From Scenedesmus sp. PABB004 (Eukaryota): a stretch of 64,000 nucleotides of DNA. Of this stretch, positions 12,701 through 23,497 are shown piece after piece; positions within the stretch are counted from its first letter, which is position 1; each line of letters starts with the position of its first letter. Below the pieces are notes generated by a model. That model saw only the letters and a program-made list of their open reading frames with translations, was not told where the DNA came from and did no database searches. Both the position numbers and the translations under genes were made by a program. Where the stretch lies: positions 434,001 to 498,000 of the forward strand of contig JABVCE010000003.1 of assembly GCA_014905635.1 (NCBI GenBank), read 5' to 3'.

Positions 12701-13778
12701 CGTCCGACGCCGCGAGCGCGTTTGGCGGCGCCGACGCGGCCAGCGGCGTGGTGCTGTCGCCGGGGGACTGCTTCGCGGAGGTCGCAAACTTCACCGACGC
12801 GCCCAAGTGCGAGACGGCGCGCAGCCTGACCGTGTGCCGCGTGCTGGTTATCCCGCGCAGCGTATACAACGCAGTTGCAGCTGACTTTCCCGCGAGCGCG
12901 CGGCAGGTGCTGGACAACCTCCAGTGCCGCGTGGAGGAGGTGGGTGCGCGGCGCGCGGCAGGCGGCGCGGGCGGGGCGGCGGCCGGGGCGGCGCGCTGGC
13001 AGGGCGGCGCGCGCGGCTGGCGCCTGCGCCCGAGCGTGCTGCGCCGCCGCCGCCGCCGCCGCCATGGCCGCGGGCAGATGGTGGAGGAGTTTGTGCCGCC
13101 AGACGTCCTGCAGCAGCTGCTGCGCGAGGCGGACAAGGCGCGCCCGAGCGCCGCAGCCGCGGCCGCGGCGGCGGCTGCGGCCGCGCGCGCGCGGCGCGAC
13201 AGCGATGCTGGCAGCGGCGGCAGCAGCAGCTGCAGCAGCCTGACAGACAGCGACGACGACGGCGGCGACGGCGGCGGCGCGGCAGCTGGCGGCGCGGTGC
13301 CGGGCGCGGCCGGCAGGGCGCGCGGCGTGGGGCGGGCCGCCGCGCCGCGGTCGTCTGCCCGCGAGCGCCTTGGCAGCGCCCTCCGCGCGGCGAGCGACAC
13401 GGTCATGCTCCGGCCGCGCGGGCTGTCTGCGCTGCGGCAGCTGGCTGACAACGCGTCGGGCAGGCAGCTGGGGCGCGCGCTCTCGCTGCAGCGCGAGGAC
13501 GGCGGCGGCTGCCAGCGCCTGCCCACGAGCCTCAGCCCCAGCGCCGGCGGCCTCGCGCAGGGCAGCTTCAGCCTCAGCCGAGGCGGCGGCGGCGCGCTCG
13601 TGAGCCCCACTGCTGCGCACGGCCACCAGGGCGCCGGGGGAAGGTCACTGAAGGCGCGCTCTCAAAAAGGCGGCCTGCTCGGCGCCGACTGGGTGCTGGA
13701 TGAGGAGGCGGCGGCGCCGTCCCGGGACCAGGCGCAGGCGGTGGCCGCCGCTGCCAGCGGCGGCAGCGGCGCGGCGGC

Positions 13779-13821
<43 letters not shown>

Positions 13822-15116
13822 AGCCCCCCGCCGCAGGACGCGCCGCCCGCGCCGGCGCAGCAGCTCGGCGGCGGCGACCCGGGCGCGGACGGCACGGGCC
13901 TGGCCATCGCGCTCGCGGCGCGCTTCCAGAGCGACGACGCCCTCGTCGCGGCGGCGGCGTCCGCGGGGTGCCTGAGCGAGGAGCAGGCGATGATGCTCGC
14001 CGACCTGCTGCGGCTGCGCCAGCTCGTGGCGCGCGCCGCGGCGCGCTTTGACCAGCAGCGCCTCGCCGCCTTCCTGGACGCCGCGGGCGCGGGCGAGGTC
14101 GACACGGTGCAGGACATGCTGCGCCAGGGCATGGACCCCAACAGCGCCGCGCACGACGGCCGCACCGCGCTCATGGCGGCCGCGCAGGGCGGGCACGTGG
14201 TGCGGCGCCGCCCGCGCGCCGCGCGCGCCGCGGCGCGCCGCCACGGACACCGCGGCGCGCCGCGCTCACGGACCCGCCCCGCCTTGCTCCGCCCGGCCGG
14301 CGCGCAGGAGGCCGTGCTGGCCCTGGTGTTCGGGGGCGCCGACACAGCGCGCCTGGACGTGCAGGGCGCAGACGCGCTGATCGCCGCAGCGCAGGGCGGG
14401 CACGCGGCAGTAATCGAGGCGCTCTCCGCCGCGGGCGCGCGCACGCGCGCGACCCGCCGCAAGCAGGTGCGGCCGCGCCGCGCTCGCGCCGTCGCGGGCG
14501 CGCGGCGCGGGTCGGCGACGCCGCCCCCGCCGCCCGGCCGCCCGCCGCGCCGCCCCCAGGCCTCGCTGCTCTGCAACGCCGTCCACGAGGGCCGGCCGGA
14601 CCTGCTGGGGCACCTGCTCGCCGCCGGGTGCCGCGCCAACGCGACCGACTATGATGGCGAGGCCGCGCTGCACGTCGCGGCGGCGCAGTGCAACCTGCCC
14701 GCCGCGCGCCTGCTGCTGGGCGCCGGCGGCGACGCGGCGCTGCGCGACCAGTGGGGCCGCACGCCGCTCGACGTCGCCCACGAGGTGGGTGTGCGCCCCG
14801 CTCGCCGCGCGCCGACCGGCCGCGGGCCGAGCGCCCGACGGCCCCGCCGCGCGGCGCCGGCGCCCCCTGGCGCGCAGGTCGGCGCGGCGCCGCTGGTCGC
14901 GCTGTTCGAGGAGCACGTGGCGCCGGAGGTCGCTGCGGCGGCGCGGGCCAAGGCGGCCCGCCGGGCGCGCAGGTGCGCGCGTGGGGCGTGCGGGCGCGCG
15001 CACGCTGCAAGCCTGCACCGCTGCCGCGGCCGACGCGGCGCGTGCCGCCCTCGCGCAGGTCGGGAGCCAGGCGGCGGCCTGGCGGCGCGCGGCTCATGGT
15101 CCTCGTGCGGCGTTGA
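9708..15116 (+). CDS. Shaker-like potassium channel with cyclic-nucleotide-binding-homology domain and ankyrin repeats (AKT/SKOR-like)
   Basis: GVIHPLDRRY..WWYLTL; DILVSFFVGF; YITGRFVLDLVTTLP; IHWAACTFWFIA; pore YSLYWAMATFSTLGYGDVTP; CNBD ELYVVVAGHVELL...PGDCFAEV; ankyrins DGRTALMAAAQGGH, YDGEAALHVAA, DQWGRTPLD. The last exon is tentative. Confidence 0.9.
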
Positions 15117-15182
15117 GCGCCGGTGCGGCCGGCTGGGCAGCCACCGTTGTGCAAGTTGCCGGCCGCTGCCCCCGGCCCGCGC

Positions 15183-17425
15183 TCACATCCCCAGCCCGAG
15201 CTCAGCGGCGCCCCGGGGACGCTGCCGTCGAGCTGCGCGCTGTCGGGGCCGCTCGGGCTGGCGGGGCCGCCGCCCGCGGTCTTGTAGGCCACGATCTGCC
15301 GCAGCAGCTCCGCCAGCACGCCCTGCGCGGCATGGGCGAGCGCGGGCGGGCGGGGGGCCCGGGTGCGTGCTTCAGCCCCGGCCGCGCAGCCGGCCGCGGA
15401 TGCCGCGCCGCGCCGCGCCCGCGCGCACCTTTGCGCCCGCCTCTGGCCCCGCATCCAGCCCCGCCAGGGCGCCCGCCTCCAGCAGGAAGTACTCCAGGTC
15501 CGCCGCGCCGCCGCTGCACTTGGCCGCCAGCGCCGCGAGGCGCTCCTGCGCGCCGGCGGCGGCGCGGGGCGCGTGGGCCGCCGCGCGCTGCGCGCGAGAG
15601 CCCGCGCTGCTCGCGCATGCCCCCTCCCCCTCCCCGGGAGGGCCGGGCCGAGCGGGCACCTGCTCGCCCGCGAGGGCGTCGTCAAGGTCGAACAGCTCCA
15701 GCCCCGGCGGCGGCGGCTCGCGCGGCACGGGCGGGAACGTCGCGCCCTGCAGCGGCGGCAGTTGCGTCTCAAACGCCGGCGGGATGAGGCCGAGCGGCGC
15801 CTTTTTGACGCCAAGCTCCTCAAACAGCGCCACCGCCGCGGGCAGGTGCCGCATGTCTGCAACCGGCGCGCGGCGCGCGCGCGGGCGGGGTCAGCGCGGT
15901 GAGGGTAGGCGTCCCTCCCTGCGGCGGCCGCGGGTCGCCGCGCGGTGCCCTCGGCGGCGCCCCGCCGCGCACCCAGGCTGTAGAGCTGGCCGTCAAAGAG
16001 GCGCGCCCAGTCGCGCGGCAGCTCCGGCACCTCGGCCAGGCAGGGCTTGGGCCGGTCGGCGAGCGTCTCGGTGTCGGGCAGCAGCGCGAGGTCGGTCGCC
16101 ACGTCCGGGTCCTCCGCGTCGCCCGCGTGCAGCTCGAGCTTGGAGCCCTGGCGGCGGCGGGCGGCGGCGGGCGGCGGCGCATGGGCCGGGCGCGCCGCGC
16201 CTCGCTGCGCGGGTGGCTGCCGCCGCGGCTGCTGGCGCGCAACACTGCGTCAGCGCCGCGGCTCACGGGGCGCAGCCAGGTGAAGGCAAAGTCGCTGAGC
16301 CGGCTGTTGCCCTCCTTGTCGAGGTAGCCGTCCGACAGCAGCCCCGCCGAGCCCAGCACCAGCAGCCGCCCGCCGCCGGGCTCGGGCGAGCTCCAGCACG
16401 CCGCTGCGCGCGAAGGCCCGCGCAGCCGTGTGGGCGGCGGCGCGCGCGCGCGCGCGCGCGCGCGCGCGCGGGCGGCGACGGCGCGCGCCGCGGCCCCTGC
16501 GCCGCCGCCGGCGCGCCCGCGCGCGGCGCGCACCGAGTGGGCGCTGCATGGGGTAGCTGATCTTGCCGCTCGACAGGATGGGCACCGCGGGCGCCTGCAC
16601 GCTCAGGGTGCAGCCGTAGGGGTACACAAAGTCGAGGCCGCACCCCGCCAGCCCCAGCCCCGCGGCCGCCGCGTCGGCGGCGTCCGCGGCCTCCGCCTCG
16701 GCCGCGCCGGGCTTGGCGGCGCGGCCGGCGCCGGCGCCGCCGCCGCCGGCGAGCAGCGCGCGGTTGAGCACGCCGTCGCCGATGAGCGCCTCCTTTGGGT
16801 GCAGGTACCTGAAGTGCGCCGTGCGCACGACCGCGTCGGCGTTGGCCGCGACGCCGCACTCCTCGAGCAGGTAGTTGAGGTTGCTGCCGCCCTCGCCACC
16901 CTCGCCCAGCGCGACGAGCAGCGAGCCGCCGCCGCGCAGGAAGGCGCGCAGTGTGTCAAACTCGGCGGCGCTGAAGGGCTGCGTGGGGCAGCCGAGCACG
17001 AGCACCGCGGGCGCCGCCGCCGAGCCGCCGCCGGCGCCGCCGAGGCTGCCCTGCGCGCCGCCGCCGAGCGCGCTGGGCCCGGGGCGGAGCAGCACCTCCA
17101 GGCACAGGTCCTCGCGCGCGTCCAGCTTCTCCGGCCGGTACATCGTGCGCAGGCGGCGGAAGAGCTGCTTGAAGCCCGACCGGTGCGTGTGTGTCTCGCC
17201 CATGCAGCAGCTGAAGAGCACGCGCGGCGTCGCGTCGCCGCCGCCGCCGCCGCCTCGGCCGCCGCCCGGCTCGCGGCCGCCGCCGCCGAGGCCGCCGGCG
17301 CCGGGCGGCGGCGCGTCGAGGAGCTCCTGCGCGCGCGGCCGCTGCTCGCGCGGCGCCGGCGCCGCGCGGCGGCCGCCGGCGCAGCCCCGCCTCCGCCGCA
17401 CCTGCTGGCCGCCGAAGACGTCCAT
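15183..17425 (-). CDS. IFT52: Intraflagellar transport protein 52
   Basis: GIFT domain SGFKQLFRRLR...DAVVRTAHFRYLHPKEALIGDGVLNR...LDFVYPYGCTLSVQAPAVPILSSG; LLPDTETLADRPKPCL; PLGLIPPAFETQLPPLQGATFPPVPREPPPPGLELFDLDD; LRQIVAYK. The stop at 15183 assumes one missing base near 15215. Confidence 0.9.
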
Positions 17426-18193
17426 GTCTGCCGCTCAGGATCGGCCGGGGGGCGCCTCAAGGGCCCCCGCCCTCACCGCATGCGGGCCGACGCAGCAGCG
17501 CGCGCGCGCTGCTCGTCGGCGCCGCCGCCACCGCTGCGGGCGCCGAGGGAGCTTCGCAGCGCGGTGGCACGCGTAGCGAGCGCAGGACAGGCGCTGGCGG
17601 CCTGGGCAGCGAGTGCGGCGCGTGCCGCGGGGCGGCGGCGGGCTTGGCGGTCGTGAGGCTCGAAGGCGTGCGTCGGGTGCAGCTCTGGGCCAGGCACGCC
17701 GAGAGCGCGCTCGCATGGACGTGCTGCGGCCGCGCGCGTCCAGGATGGCGAGCTCTAGAGCCCTTGTTGAGGGCAAGCAATAACGCTCGCCCGTTTGACC
17801 GACGCGCCACCGCTGCTGCGTCGCGCCCGGGACCGCGTCTTGGTGTCCGCGTGACAGACAGCAGCGGCAGCTTCGGGAAGCGGCGCCGCCTGCGGCCGGC
17901 GATCGCGGGTGCCGGCAGCCGCGCGCGCGCCTCTGCTGCCTCGTTGCTCGCGCCGTCGTTCGCCCTGCCTGCGTTCGCAGCAGGCCCTGTCTGCATAACT
18001 GATCCGATCCAGTCCAGTCCACACCGTCAGCGCGCGCGCGCGCGAATACGCCCGCTCGTCAAGGCCGTGCGCTGTGCGCGCAGTTCACTGTCGACCGCTG
18101 CAAGTTCTCGCCATCTGTTGATGTCTGCCTGCTGTGCGCGTGCGCGCACGATCTGCACTCCAACCCGCTGCTCGCCGCTCGCCGGCGGCCCCG

Positions 18194-20091
18194 TCACTGT
18201 CCAAGCACCGCCGGCGCCACGAAGCTGCCGACGTCGCCGCCGCCGCCTTGCGCCGGCGCGCCACTTGCGCTCATGCTGCTGCTGCTGCTGCGCGCCAACA
18301 GTCGCGGCGCCGACTCGTCGCAAGCGCCCGCGTCGCTGCCCCCGCGCTGCGGCGTGCCCGGGCCCGTCTCCTCCACCTCGGCTGCCAGCGCGTCCGCGGC
18401 GCCGGCGGCGCCGGCGGCGCCGCTCTCGCCGGCGGCCGCCTGCCAGGCCCGCCAGGCGGCGGCCCGGGTGTGGCTGGCGCGGCCGGTGTTGATGGCCGGC
18501 AGCCTCGCCCCCGTCGCGGCCAGCCGGAGGTCATCCTCGGCGCCGTCGCAGGGGCCGTCGCTGCTGGCGCCGTCGCAGGGGCCGTCAGCGGCGCCGCCGC
18601 CGCCAGCCGCCGCGGCCACGTGCTTGACGGCCGCCGCCGCCGTGGTGGAGGCCGCCGCTGCCAGCTGGGCGCGCAGCCCTGCCACCTCGTCGGCGGCTGC
18701 CTGTCGGGCGCGGGCGCGGCGGGGCGGTCAGCCCCCGCGCGGCTCCCCACTGCCAGGCTGGCGCCCCAGCGCAGTGCGCCCCGCGCGAGCCGCCGCCCAC
18801 CTGGAGGCGCTCGCAGGTGCGCCGCATCTGCAAGCAGTCCTCGGCCAGGCCGGCGCAGCGCTCCTGAGAGGGCAACGGGCACGGTCAGAGCGCGCGGCGG
18901 GGGTCGGTCAGTGGCGGCGGCCGCCTGTGGCCGCTTGTGGCCGTCGCGCCCCTTGGGCAGGGCCGCGCTCGCCCGCCCACCTGCCAGCTGCGCTCGCGCC
19001 GCGCGGTCATGGGCAGCGCCGCCGCGCCGCCCGTGCGCGCCCGCGCCAGCGCGTCCGTCAGCGCCACCTCGACGCGGGTCCTCTGCACCGCCGGGGCGGC
19101 GCGGCTCGGCCAGCGCGTGAGCGGCGCTGCGCAGCGACAGCCTGGCAGGGCGCCGCTCTGCCCAGCCGGCCCGTGCGCGGCCCACCTGCGCCTCGACTGC
19201 CGCCATCTCCGCCGCGTGCTGGTCGCGCACGCGCAGGAGCTCAGCCGCGAGCGCAGCGTGCTCCCCGCGCACGCGCAGCAGCTCGGCCGCCCGGCGCCGG
19301 CCCTCCTCCTTCGCCTCCGCCTGCGGCGGCGGCGGCAGCGGGGCCGGCGCGGCGGCGTTGGACTTGGCGCCAGGCTGGCGCCGCCAGCAGCGGGCGCGCG
19401 CGCGTGGCGCCCGTGCCGCCCGGCACCCCGCCGGCACACGCACCAGCCTGGTGGCCAGGCGGTGCGCGTCAGGCGCCGCGCGCAGCGCCTCGAGGCGCGT
19501 GCGCAGCAGGCTCGCAGCGTTGCTCTTGGCCAGCGCGACGCGCACGAGCTCGTCGGTCGCCGCGCTGCCGCTGGCGGCCGCGCGCTTGTTCTCGGCCAGC
19601 TCGGAGCTCAGGGCGGCGGCCAGCTCCTGGGCCTGCGCGTGCGCGTGCGCGTGTGCGTGTGGCCTGAGCCCGGCCAGCGTCGGCGGTCGGCCGCGCCGCC
19701 GGGAGGCTTTGCCACTCACCTGGCGCAGCTGCTCCGCCTGCGCGCGCAGCTCGTGCTGCAGGCAGCTGACCAGCTCGTCCCTGGAGCGCAGGGCCGCGCC
19801 GAGCTCGGCGGCGCGCTGGGTGAGCGCCTGCGGCGCCGCAAGCGAGCGAGCGAGCGAGCGCGCGCGCGCGTGAGCGGGCGTGTTGGTGCGGGGTCGCAGC
19901 GTATTGGTGCGGGAGCGCCTGCGGCCGAGCGAGCTGCACGGCGCCGCCGTCCGCCCGCGAGGCGGCGCAGCGGCCAGGCGCGCAGCGCGGCGCGCCTGGT
20001 GCTCAGACAAGGCGACGAGTGCTCCCGTGACGGCGCTCACAGTCGCGACGCCCGCGGCCGCCCAGCGGCTGGCGGACCAGCGCGGAGACAT
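18194..20091 (-). CDS. Hypothetical coiled-coil protein with N-terminal hydrophobic segment
   Basis: MSPRWSASRWAAAGVATVSAVTGALVALSEHQ|ALTQRAAELGAALRSRDELVSCLQHELRAQAEQLRQ|ELAAALSSELAENKR...; heptad-like exons bounded by splice sites; ends SFVAPAVLGQ*. Confidence 0.6.
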
Positions 20092-20945
20092 CGCGCCGCT
20101 GGGTCGGGTCGAAAGCGGGTAGGGAGGCCGGTGGGAGGTCGTGGAGGTAGCTCGTAGGTATTCCGAGCTGTGGGAGTGTGCGCGGCAGTCGGCGCGAGCT
20201 GGGGGAGCAGCTCGCAGCGAGGGCCAGGGGCAGACAGCAGAGACCTCGGGGCACCCGCCGCTGACCGCGCCGGGAGGCCGTGGCCGCGCCACAGAACGTC
20301 CTGTGAGCTCGAGAAAGAGCTCACGCGACAGCGCGCGCGCGCCGCGAGCGCCGCCGGCGCCGCCGCGTCCCCGCGCCGCTGCTGCGCCGTCGTGAGAGTT
20401 CCCGAGTTACCCGGCACGCACCGCCTCGCACGCGCGCGCCGGGCGGCGCGCACGCCAAATAACGTGACACACACAAGCCCGCTGCCAGTGCAAGATGAGG
20501 CTCCAATGAAAGGCGCCGCGCGGTCGCGCCGACCGCGCGGGCGTGGGAAAGAGGGGACCAGGGACGACAGCGATCGGGTCAACCGGCCGCCGTCACGGGC
20601 GGCGCCCGTCCTCCCACCGTGTGGGGGCGCTGCGCGTGCCGCACCGCGGCGGCCGCGTGCGCGCCCCGCCGTCAAGCCCGCCCGGCAGCGTGCATGCGCC
20701 GCCGCCGCGCGGGGGCGCGCCGGCGGCCGCGTCTGCCCAGGTACCAATAGGTTGCACCCTATTATTGTGCTGGTGCAGCGTTATTCCTGCTGCGCAGGCG
20801 GGTGCCGCCGCCAGTCCGCTGCCCCGCCAGCCGCGGCTGCCGCGCCGCGGCGCGCCGGGCGGGAGCGCCCGGCGCGCCCGCCCGGCGTGGCACGCCGCGC
20901 CGCGCCGCCGCCGGGGCGTGTTCGCGCGCGTGCGGTCGCGGTCGC

Positions 20946-21430
20946 TCAAAACTCGCCAAAGATGATGTCGCAGCAGGAGTCGAGGAGGCAGCAGGCCGCG
21001 CAGCACGCAAACACGCCGGCGAAGCACGCGCAGCAGGGCGCCGCCGGGCCCCCGCGCCGGGCGCCTGCTGCTGGGACATGGCCTGCTGCCCCGGCGCCGC
21101 GTAGGCGCCGTACGGCGCGCCCGGGTGCTGCGGGTGCTGCGCGTAGCCCGGCGCGGGCGCGCCGTACGCGGGCCCGCCGACGGCCGGGTAGCCGCCGTTC
21201 TGGGGCGCGTGCCCGTAGGCCGGCGCCTGGCCGTACGAGGCCGCGTCGTAGCCGGGCTGGGGCGGGTAGCCGCCGTACGCGGCTGCCGGGGGCGCGCCGT
21301 ACGGCGCCGGCGCGCCGCCGACGGCGGGGTAGCCCAGCGGCGCGGCGCCGGCGTAGGGCTGCGGGGGGTAGCCGTCGTAGCCCTTGCCCGCCGGCGGCTG
21401 CGGATAGCCCGCTGGCGGTGGCTGCGCCAT
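20946..21430 (-). CDS. Pro/Gly/Tyr-rich protein with C-terminal CYSTM (cysteine-rich transmembrane) module
   Basis: MAQPPPAGYPQPPAGKGYDGYPPQPYAG... joined, via a one-base frame break near 21050, to PCCACFAGVFACCAACCLLDSCCDIIFGEF*. No introns. Confidence 0.8.
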
Positions 21431-21748
21431 GGCGGAGGCGTGCCCCGACCTTCCGCGGGCCCGCGAGGCCTCGCGCGCGGGGAGCGCTGCGCGCCGCCGC
21501 CGACGCGCCGCGGAGGCGAGGGGACTGACCCTCGGACGCCCGGGGGCGGCGGGCGGGCGAGCGTGCGGCGCGGGCGGGCGGGCACGGGCCGGGAGCAGCA
21601 GGCGCGTTTTGCTGAGATGCGGCGATGCGGCGTCCGAGGGGCGCGTTGTGCCCGCCGCAGTGCCACGAGCGTGCACGAGCGCAGCGCAGCGCGCCCCGCC
21701 GCGGCAGAAAAACCCCGCCACGCCGCGCCCCTGCCGCGCGGCTGCGCC

Positions 21749-23456
21749 TCACCGCGGCGCGCCGCGCCGCTGCAGCTGCGCCGCCGCCGCCAGCATAGCG
21801 CCCTTGGCCGCCTCGTCGGCGGCGGGCGTGCCCGCGCGGCGCCGCCCGGGCGCGCCGCCGTGCGCGAGCAGCTCCTCGGGCCGCTCGCCCGCGTCGTAGC
21901 CGACCTGCTGGCTCATCTCCAGCACCTCCGCCGCCACGCCGCGCCGCGTGCCGTACCGGTTGCCGCCGGCCTTGCCGCCGCCGCCGGGCGGCGGCGCGCG
22001 CGGCGGCGGGAGCATGCCGCCCGCGCCGGCGCTGCCGCCGCCGCCGCTGCCGGCGCCGCCGGCCGCCGCGCGGCGCGTGCGCTTGGCCGGGCCCGACGGC
22101 CCGCCGCCGCTGGCGGAGCCCGACGCCTCCGCGCCCGCCGGGTCGGAGCCGCCCGGCGCGCCGCCGCCGCCGCCCGCCGCCTTGCGCTTGCTGCGCAGCC
22201 CCGGCCCCGAGCCCGCGGAGCCGCCGGCGCTGCCGCTGCCGGGCGCGCCGCCGCCGCCGCCGGGCCCCGAGCCCGGCCCGCCGCCGCGGCTGGACGGCAG
22301 GTCGGGCAGCTGGTGCAGCATGTCCGCGGGCAGGTGCTGCGACGCGGTGATGCTGCCGACGGCGAGGTCCTTGCTGGTGATGGTGTGGATGACGTGAGAC
22401 ACGCACGCGAGCAGGTCGTCGTCGCACTCCGAGCCGGCGAGCAGCGGGCTGGCCGCCGGCGGCGCCCCTGCGCCCGCCCCCGCCGTGGCGGGCGCCTCCT
22501 GGTCGGCCGGCGGCGGCGGGGGCTGGCTGCCGCCGCTGCGCGTCGCGCGCGGCCTGGCGTGCGGCGGCTCCTGCCCGGCGCCCGCAGGCGCCGCGGGCTG
22601 CGGGTTTGTCTGCTGCTGCTGGTCCTGCTGCGGCTCGTGGTCTGGCTGCTGCTGCCCCTGCTGCGGCTTGAGCGCGGACGCCTCCTCCTGCTGCGGCTGG
22701 CCCGCCCAGGACGGCGCGGCCGCCCCGCCCCGGCTGCCGCTCCCGCCAGCAGCGTCAGCGTCACTGGCGGTCGCCGCCGGCGCGCTGTCCGGTGGCCGCG
22801 TCGCCCTGCCCGGGCTGCTGGTCAGCGCCAGCAGGGAGCGCTTGGGCGCCTGCTGCTCCTGCGGTGCCTGCTGCTCCTGCGGTGCCTGCTGCTCCTGCGG
22901 TGCCTGCTGCTGCTGGACCCTGCCTGCGGCAAACCAGCTGCTGCGGGGGGCTGCCGGGCCTGCGCTGCTGCTGGCGTCCTCGCCCCCCGCCGGCGGCGCG
23001 GGTGCGGCGCCGGCGGCCGTGCTGGTGGCCAACCTGTGCGGCTGGCTGGGCAGCGGGCACTTGCTGCCAGCCGGCGCTCCCGACGAGCCCTGCCGAGCGG
23101 GCGCCGGCGCGGGCGCCTGCGGGCGAGCGGCGCAGGCGAGGCAGTCGAGGGTGGGACGGCGCCGACGGGCCGCGGTCGCGCCGGCCCCGGCGCGGCAGAC
23201 CAGCGCCTCCCCCCATCCGGCGTGTGCGCACCTGCGTCGGCCCCGCCTGCGTCTGCGGCAGCTGCGACGCCAGGCTCGCCTGGCTGCCGCCGCCCGGCGG
23301 CGGCGGCAGCAGCTCGAGGGCGCCCGCGGGCCGGAAGCCGGCCTCCGGCAGGCGCCGCCCCTCGGCCGCGCACTCGAGCAGCCACTCGCTCGCGACCATG
23401 GTCACGCCGCGGCGCTGCGCGTAGTGGATCTTCTTGACGGTCTCCTCGCTCAGCGC

Positions 23457-23497
<41 letters not shown>

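Noticed and set aside
11881..16560. Very long six-frame ORFs (1559 aa here; also 34223-37237 and 41961-45611)
   Set aside because: Stop codons are scarce at this GC content. These ORFs read through introns or antisense to real genes and give Arg/Ala/Pro-rich nonsense.
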